Source: the human T2T-CHM13v2.0 reference genome, Homo sapiens. From it: DNA of 64,000 nucleotides. Positions 54,481-64,000 of the stretch are shown in pieces (the stretch's first letter is position 1; each line of letters opens with the position of its first letter). The stretch is from NCBI RefSeq assembly GCF_009914755.1, contig NC_060931.1; one strand, given 5' to 3'. The notes beneath the pieces are model-generated. The model saw only the letters and a program-made list of their open reading frames with translations, ran no database searches and was not told the origin of the DNA. The position numbers and the translations under genes were made by a program.

Positions 54481-56659
54481 AATACCAATTTTCTGATGAT
54501 GCATCCATGATCAGCAGGCATGTAGAAGAGCGTTAGGGTATGTGATGAGTTTTCTGCAACTGTTAGCTATTAGTGCTTTAATTAATGATAATTTTAATGT
54601 AATTGGTGTCCCTGGTACAAGGAGAAGATTGCCACAGGAGAGTGTGGGCAGCAGGTTGTGGGCATTCCCTGTGCCTGCTCCCCACTGAGAGAGGACTTCC
54701 TCAGGAGTATAATTTCAAAACCTTAGGAGGTACCTTGGCCTTTCCAAGCTGAGGTCCATCTGTAGCATGCTCAAAAGCTCAAAAACGTTGGTTGGTCTGG
54801 GAAGTCTTGCTGAGAAGGTGGAGTTAAGGACCTGGAAAAGTCCTTCTCTTCAACTGGGTGCATCTGGTCATCAGGTTACTATGTAGTCCTTTTGTGGCAC
54901 ATGTTGGTATTACTTCCGAACTGTCATTCTCCTGATGCCACTTGGGGTCCCAAAGAACTGCCTTGTTCTCCCTCAACCAAAAAGCAACATTTTCATGGCC
55001 AGGGAGAGATTCCATTTCATGGCCAGGGAGAGAGAATGTTGGGGGAAATGTGGGATAGGATGATTTTGGAAGTAATCACATGGAGAAAGGACTGATAAAT
55101 GCACTCTGAAGAGGTTAGATAGCTGGGAACTAGTTGAGAAGATATGGAGTTAGGAAGGTGGGAAAAGGGTGAAATGTGAAGCAACACACCGTGTAAAATT
55201 GGAGTCAGAAGGAAAAGCGACCAAGAAAGGAATAAGAAAGGAACAGAAAGGGAGGGTGAATTTGAGTATTACTGCTGAGCTTTCAAAATGTGTCTCTCCC
55301 ACCTACTTCTTCCACCCTCCACCCTGAGGAGTGCCTTTTATATATTCTTTCAAGTATTTGTTCATTGAAATTCTCCTAAATGCCAAAACTTTTTCTTTTA
55401 TACTCTCTATTAAATATTGACAAGGAAAACTAATTTAGAACAAGAAATTAATTTATTAAGTTCCAAATGTATGTGCTTTGTATGGAGTCATATGAAATTG
55501 ACATATAAAATGACATAATATATCATAACATAAAGCAACATTACACTCCAAACACTTTAGAAATTAAAAGCAAATGTTTCCATTGGATCCCCTTGGTGCT
55601 ATCAGATCAGCTGGCACATCCTTCCTCTGTCTTGACTCAATTCTTCCCTTAGATATTCTGAGAAATTACTTATATGACATTCTCATATTCTTGACCTAGT
55701 ATTTTTATTCTGGTTATTATTCTTGATCTGGCTATTATTCTAGTGTTGGCTGGAAATTGTGCTTTTTATTTTTTTTTTAATTATTTGGGCTACTATCTCT
55801 AAATGGATTCCTCATTTCCTGGTTGTTTCATGCCTTTTTGAAAACGGATAAAATATATTTACATGCAGAACAAACCAACGCCAAGATTTGTTTTAAAAAA
55901 TAAACAATATTTAATTTTCTATAGAAATCTTAGGGCTGCCCTAAAGTGTAAAACTTTACTTTGATCTCATAAGTATTTGAATTAATGATATTTCAGAATG
56001 ATGACTTTACTGGAATGTCTTAACTGTACTAAATTATATTTCGTAACTTATTTTTCATCCAGTTTTAGATCATGGTCCTTAGATCAAAACATAGGAATTT
56101 TTGGAAAACGTATAAAGACTATCTGTAAATATTATTAGCAATTTGTTTCCTGATACTATTAAACTCGTGTCTGTTTGGCAGTTCTATTGATTTATCCTAG
56201 GTAAATACACGGGTGTTGAGTATCAGCTTTCCTTAAGAGCATGAGAAACATTCAGCACACCATGTTTCTAATTTTTTTGAATTAGTTAAATGAAAATCAT
56301 GCTAATGTCTTGGTGTATTGACATTGATGTTGCTCCCATTTGTTTATTTATATACTTACTTTGCTCTTGTATGTGTGGGTGGTGAAGTAAGGCCAGTTCT
56401 TAGTTATCTTAGTTCAGTTTCTTCATTCCCTACGTTAAGATCATGGAAGCATATCTAGGCTACAAAATAGGCATGCTTTGAAAATTCAGAGGTTTTAAAA
56501 TGACTTTCAAGTATAAAAGAACCAGAAGTATTCTGAGTATTCTGTGAGGTTTGACACGAACCTTTAAAAACGACCACTTTTTTTTTTAAGTTGATTTCCC
56601 TTAGTGCATTTCTGCTAAGGCTTCCCCTTACCCAGCAGGTGCCCCTGATTTCTCTGTGA

Positions 56660-57067
<408 letters not shown>

Positions 57068-60000
57068 TAGCCTCCGCCTCACTTACCCGTTCAGCAGCAC
57101 TGCTCGGTTAGAGCACTCAGGAGATGTGGTTCCTCCTCCGAGCAAAAACCCAAGGCAGAGCCAGGTTCCAACTGCGGGACTTGCCTCATCCCCACTCACA
57201 GGGAAGTCACATCCTGAAGATGCCACAAACAGCTGGAGACATTCGGACCGTATGGAGTCTTGCAATTGGATGCCAGTCCCACCAGTCTTGCAATCTTCCC
57301 ACATCCAGAACCTTTCCATCCTCTGTCTAAAAATAGCAGTTGTACTCTCCACATAACCCCTCTCTCAAGTTTTGTTGCTCTTTTAGGCCGTCGATGCCCA
57401 GCTTGGAATTGTCAGTGTCTCCCAGCTCAGCTAGCTATGTGCAGTTTCACATCTGGGAGAAATAGTGTTTCTATGTTAGCATCTGTCCAAGTCTTTGCAG
57501 CGGAGTCCTCAAAAGTAAACAGCTTAGTATCAGTGATGTTCAAAAGAAACATAAATGTCCACAGCAGAAGGGCTTGTTCTTGGCAGACTCTGGTATGCAG
57601 GAGTAGCCATATCCCACGTGGCTGTTCTATGCCACCGAGGCCCCTTCTTTCTCAGCAGCGCATGGTGCTGTAGGCTCACTGGTCTCTGCCTTTCCACTCC
57701 AAGAGCACATATATTCCCCCTTGGGCCAAACTATTTTTGACTGCCAGTGGTCCACGAGGCTCAAACTCTTGTCTGTTACTTGCTACCTAAGAAAGGCATT
57801 TTAGAAGCAGAACTCAGTCCTTGAATATCAGCCCCAGAGCATAAATTCAGCTCATTTTCACACTTTGTGTATCATGTATGGTTCCTTCCATGCTACCTTT
57901 GGTTAATATATATCTTTTGTCAGTTGGATATTGCACTGCCTTTCCTTTGGCATACTCTATTTTTTTAAAGCATGATACTTCTAAGGAAATCAGTGTATTT
58001 CTTGCTGTTTGCATTGATAAGAATTTAACAAGTGTGAAAGTATCAGTTGGATTCCCGTTTCTTTAGATAATGAAACATTTGACAAAGCAGGCACTTTTCA
58101 GGGGCTATAGAGACTGTTTTTACCATACCTTCAGAACCCTGGCAATTACTTCAATTCAAGCCAAAAGGTATTTTGATAAGTTGATTTGAGCTTATGGAAT
58201 GCCAGCCTAGCTAAACTAAGGCAGGAAACCAAGAAGCAGCCCAGGGAGCTTTTAGTTAGAGTATGACATGTTTTCAGTGACAGAATGTTAAGTATTAATA
58301 TACTGGAACATTTTATAAGGGGAAAAGATTCCTATTCTTTATTTCACAGTTGTGAGAGATCTACTCATTCAAGTTTAGCGGGATTAGTCCTGCTCAGAAA
58401 ATTCACACACCTGCTCTTATATCCAAAAGACATGGCGCTCTGTAAATGTAGGCTCCAGGACATTCCTTTCAAGGAGGCAAAGTTTTTTGGCTCCCTGTAA
58501 AATGTGCGTAAGATGACCCATTATTACACAGCACTAATTAAAAGCACCTTGACTATTTGCAAGCTAGCTGAACACAATAGATTCTACTGATATGGAAATT
58601 ATTAGTCAACCACAGCCTAGTTCTCAAAGAAATCTTGAGTACTTGAAGATGACTAACAGCCTAAGAGGTTCGATAGTGTTCCATTCGCAGCTGACACAAC
58701 CTTATGGAATAAATGTACTCTTTACAAAGATTCCATGTTATAAAAATGAGCAAAAGGATGAGGCTAAGAGAATAATAATAGATCATAAATGCCATAATTA
58801 GATTAGTGAATTTAACTGTTCTGTGCCTTGAACTCAGTTTTACAATTTCTTTTTTTTTTCTATCTCTCTTTCCAAGATGCAAGTAATTTTCATGGAACTC
58901 AATACCCAGCTGAACAATTTCCTGTAGCACACGAATCACACAAGCCCTCTGCTTCCTAGAGAAGAATTCTATTCCTCTGGGCATTGAACTTACTTTACAC
59001 TTATTCTTTGAATGAAACAATTCTATTTCCAGACAATGGTGTTTTCCACCCTAGTCTTTCCATCTCAGTTTGAACTACCCTTTAGGGATATTATCTTTTT
59101 ACCACCTATTGATTATGTATTTGAAATATCACAGCATTTCCTTTGAGTGTTCTTCCATAGATTTAAAAAAAAATTTATAAGCTCATGTGATCAAGGGGCA
59201 CTTTCTTCAAAATAGCAAGTTTCTTCAAAAACTCAAGCCTGCAGCTGGAAGATGGGAGATGGGAGGAATGACTCTTTGACCCTGCGGTTTATGTGCTCCG
59301 CACTTACGATGGGATTATTTGGCAGGGTAACACAGGTGGCTGTGTAGTTTGGGTGGAATTAGGCTGTAGTTGCGTAGCTAATATAAAAAGCAGGGTAGAA
59401 CTAAGGCTTAGTAGCTCGAGAGAGCATTGTCCACTTCCACCACACACTCCCACCCCAACTCTTGACACTTAGCAAATAATTTTAAAATATTTCCTTTCTA
59501 CCATCTGTTCACTTCATCAACTTTACCTGAAAGAATTACATCACATCTACCTGAAAGCATTAACACATGGAGAGCATGGCTTTTTACTTTATTTTTGGTA
59601 GAGCTTTACACTTGATGAACCCAGAGAATACATCCTACCTTCCCCTTTCTTTGGTGTAAAATTTGAATAGAAAAACTATCAATTTGTAAACCTCACTATG
59701 GTATAGCTACAAATTTTGCACCTCCTCTCTCCTTTTTGCACGTTCTCTCTCAGTGGACAACAGCAAAAGCAACAATAACAACCAGGAAACAAACAATGCA
59801 AAACAACAATATCCACAAAATTAAACAAAAACCACAAAAAACCCAACTAGTGGTCTGGAGCTAGGTCACATATTTGAAGGGGGAAGAACAAGTTGGTAAA
59901 GCATTCACTAGTAAGAAGGGAAAATTGGAAGGCCCTTCCTGCAGTGGAAGGAATGTGGCTGCTGCTCGCATCCCCAGATGAGACATATGCTTCAGCTTTA

Positions 60001-61857
60001 GCCTTCTGACTCTGCCAGTTATTTCTACCCAATTTCCCATGCAGAGAATGGAGAAACTCATCCCAGCTGCAGGAAGGACTATCATCAGCCTCTCAAACCC
60101 TTCCATGATGTTTTCATCTCATAAGATGCCTATTTAAAATATTATTTGGAAGAGCAATTCCCTCAATTACAACTTATTAGTTTTTTTTTTTTTTTTTTTT
60201 TTGGTCTTTCACTACTGTAATCTACTTTGTATGGATTTTGCTCATGTAGAGGGTAAAAATATCCATGCAAATGCATATGTAGATGATATAGCCAGACAAG
60301 GGCATCTGTAGTAGAGTAAGTCATCCCTTCACAATGCAAAGCCTAGCATTGGTCTGTGAAAAATCTTCTTAATGTAATAATGGCAAGGAGAAAGAGGAAG
60401 ACAGGAGAGTGAATTACAAATTATTCTCTTACTTTGGGGATCGTGTTTTATGAATGAGATGTCACGAGTTTTGAGAAGGGTTTACTGGAAACACGGCAGA
60501 TCTGCATCTTTCAAAGTGTATGGACCACCAGTCCACTGCAAAGAAAGAACACAGTCATTCACTGTGAGTTGAATTCCCATGAACTCAGTTGCCCCAAGTC
60601 TCAAATTTAGTATAGCATTGTCAGTAGTAAAGACGTTGGAAATCCCTGGTGTGTACATTCTCAACCATTTGTGGTACTTAGAAGAACAGTATTTGCCTGC
60701 TGTCTAGGAAAGAGATTTGTAGTTTGGAAAATTTTGCAACATGGAAAATCTTCAGAATTATGCTGTAAAAGTTAGACTTTGTATGGAGTTGATTTTCTCC
60801 CCTCATTTCTCTTGCTGGGCAGCTGCCTAGCTACAGGCTTGTGAGGTCAAGTTTCTTCAATACCTGACAGAGTGTATTACAAATCATCTTATAGTTTGCT
60901 TGTCATCTTTCAAAATGGTTATTTCGGTGTCTTGACAAGCATGAAACTCACAATGTCTTTGGCTTCACAGATTGAGTGTATCAGTGTTACCGGGGTAATT
61001 CATTTATTTACTGAGTACGTACTATGTGCTATATAACGTGTTGGATGATAGGGTGTGAAGAAATAGAATTCGTTTTCTATGATAGTTGTAGTTGCCAGAG
61101 TTGACATGGTCTTCTCACAGAGATCCACATGGGAGGTCAGCCCAGCCTGTGGGTTTCCAGCTGTATGTCCCTTCTCTCATACCTGGTCCCATCACTGTCT
61201 TCTCCTTATCAAATTATTCCCCAAAGAGACTTTCCTATGGCTCTCTTTCTTCTTTATCTAAGTCTGTTTAATTTCTTTTCTGAACTCAGACTCTTCTCTC
61301 AACCAAGAAATCTCTAAAATTTTTTTTGGTCTAAGAATGTTTCTATTTCTTCCATTGACCATACAGTGATTTCCTTATGGGTCTTTCCATTTATTTCTTG
61401 AGAAACCCAGTTTTAGACTGTGGGTTATTCTACCAGTATCTCTCTTTGAAGTAACTCTTGTGGCAGTTGTATGACCTACTCATAGGAATGCTATCTGTCA
61501 GCCTTCTCTCCTCTTGGACTATATCCAGACTTCAGGTGTATTGGCTTAGGAGTCTTACCTCTGGGTGTTTCTTCCTGATCTTCCACACATCACTCTGATG
61601 TTGCTGCCTTATGCCAATTTCATATCTAGACAAGATCCTCTCTCTCTCTCTCTCCTTCCCTCCCACACTCCCTCCCACTATTTCTCTTGTCCCATCACCA
61701 CCTCATCTTCCAACTTCTGAACATTTGCTCATCAGCTTAATCTTGATCTTTCAGGAACAAAAAGCCTTTTAGGAGGAAAGTCATTTTGCTCTTTCCAGCA
61801 GCTCAAAACAGGCAAAATGAAAAATGTTTTTGTCAGGATCACAAGAGGAAAGATTTA

Positions 61858-62367
<510 letters not shown>

Positions 62368-63579
62368 TCACTGGGGAGACTCAGGCACTGCCAGGGTGTT
62401 GCCAGAACAGTAAGAAAACACACATTTGAGACATAAACAAAAACTCTGGCTAGAAAAGTTTGTCATTTGTTTTGGGTTGAACCTCAGAAGACTTTTCATG
62501 AAAGCCTCTCCTTTCTTTTATGGGTGGTATCTTCACACACAGTGTCAGAGTGGATATGACAGCATTTCTTCTTGACCTTCTAGTCAGATGTATCTATGCT
62601 GTGTGACAGCATAACATGGCTGTTCTACCTGTGACATAAAAATTCCACCATTCAGAAGAGTCATTGGCCAGTGTGGCTCCTGGAAGTCTTGGGCCAGCAT
62701 GTCTGGAGGTATATGCATACTTTCAGATAATTTCTTCAGCATTTTAGATAGTCAGCTTAGCAAACCAAGAAGGGTCTAAGTTCTCTACATTCTGGAGTAA
62801 AGAGAATTTCCTTGATGAACCAGCAGTACTGGCCTGCTGATGTATGCACAAGAAGAACTCTTGCCCATGGCCTGGTAGCCTCCACCACCGCCTGAAATGT
62901 TGAAGCTTTTGAGCAAACCCAGAACGGAGGCCTGAGGGATAGCAATTAGAAGGGTTTCACAACAACTCAACCCCAAACCCCAAGAAATGTTAATCAAACA
63001 GTGTCCATGCCTCAGGAATGGTTGTAAAATAATGAGGGAGCAAATGTTTTCATTATATCAGTGTTGCCTTTGAAGGGGATATATTCAGAAACTAAATATT
63101 GATTGCTTTAGTATTCTCATTATAGGAAATGATTTGGAAATTTTCCTTTGGCATTGGGGGAATAATTACATGGTGGAATTTCTGGCTGTAAATAATTGCA
63201 TTAAAAAACAATCATCTTTTTTTTTCCATTTGCACATTGTAGTAGTCATTAGATAAATGAAGGCATGATTTGGACCAACATGATTACCTTAGGAAAAGGG
63301 AAAAATATAAACCCTAGAATAGGATGTCAAGGGATAGTCATCTGTAGGTCAAACCAGGGGTACATAGGATGTTATCAGGACAAACTTTATACGGTTTAAA
63401 AATTCTAAGCTCCAACCAGCAAATGACTCAGATAATTTCACACATTATTCACTATAGTGAGATTAAGAGGTAACCAAGAATTTGGACCAACCCTTGGTGC
63501 TCCTTATTGGAGGACAGTCAGTCATATGTTCTGTGTAAGGATGTATACATTTGGGAATTATTAGTGCGTTAATGAGTGA

Positions 63580-63948
<369 letters not shown>

Positions 63949-64000
63949 TAAGTACAGTGTTCTGGGGAATGGTTTTGGGTTGCAGACCAATAATAGACTT

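Overview
Primate (very probably human) genomic DNA from inside BMPER (BMP-binding endothelial regulator / crossveinless-2), transcribed on the + strand. The window starts inside a long intron and contains seven GT-AG coding exons: 24030-24129, 29719-29828, 33021-33161, 35917-36021, 39860-39905, 56709-57038 and 63611-63947 (exons 7-13 in the 15-exon model as I recall it). They splice in frame and encode the end of vWC3, vWC4, vWC5, the GDPH autocleavage site, the vWD domain with CGLCG, and the start of the C8 region. The remaining ~98% is intron filled with Alu, MIR, L2, L1, MaLR LTR and DNA-transposon fossils plus microsatellites. Nearly all ORFs in the supplied track are spurious. I see no new gene, RNA gene, CRISPR array or novel multi-gene system. 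The leads worth checking are RNA-level or regulatory hypotheses: stop-free circRNA-capable exon blocks bracketed by inverted Alus, an antisense Alu with a ready-made poison exon, possible intronic truncation to a vWC-only isoform, and an isolated CpG-dense exon 12. Repeat subfamily names come from recalled consensus sequences and need RepeatMasker/Dfam confirmation.
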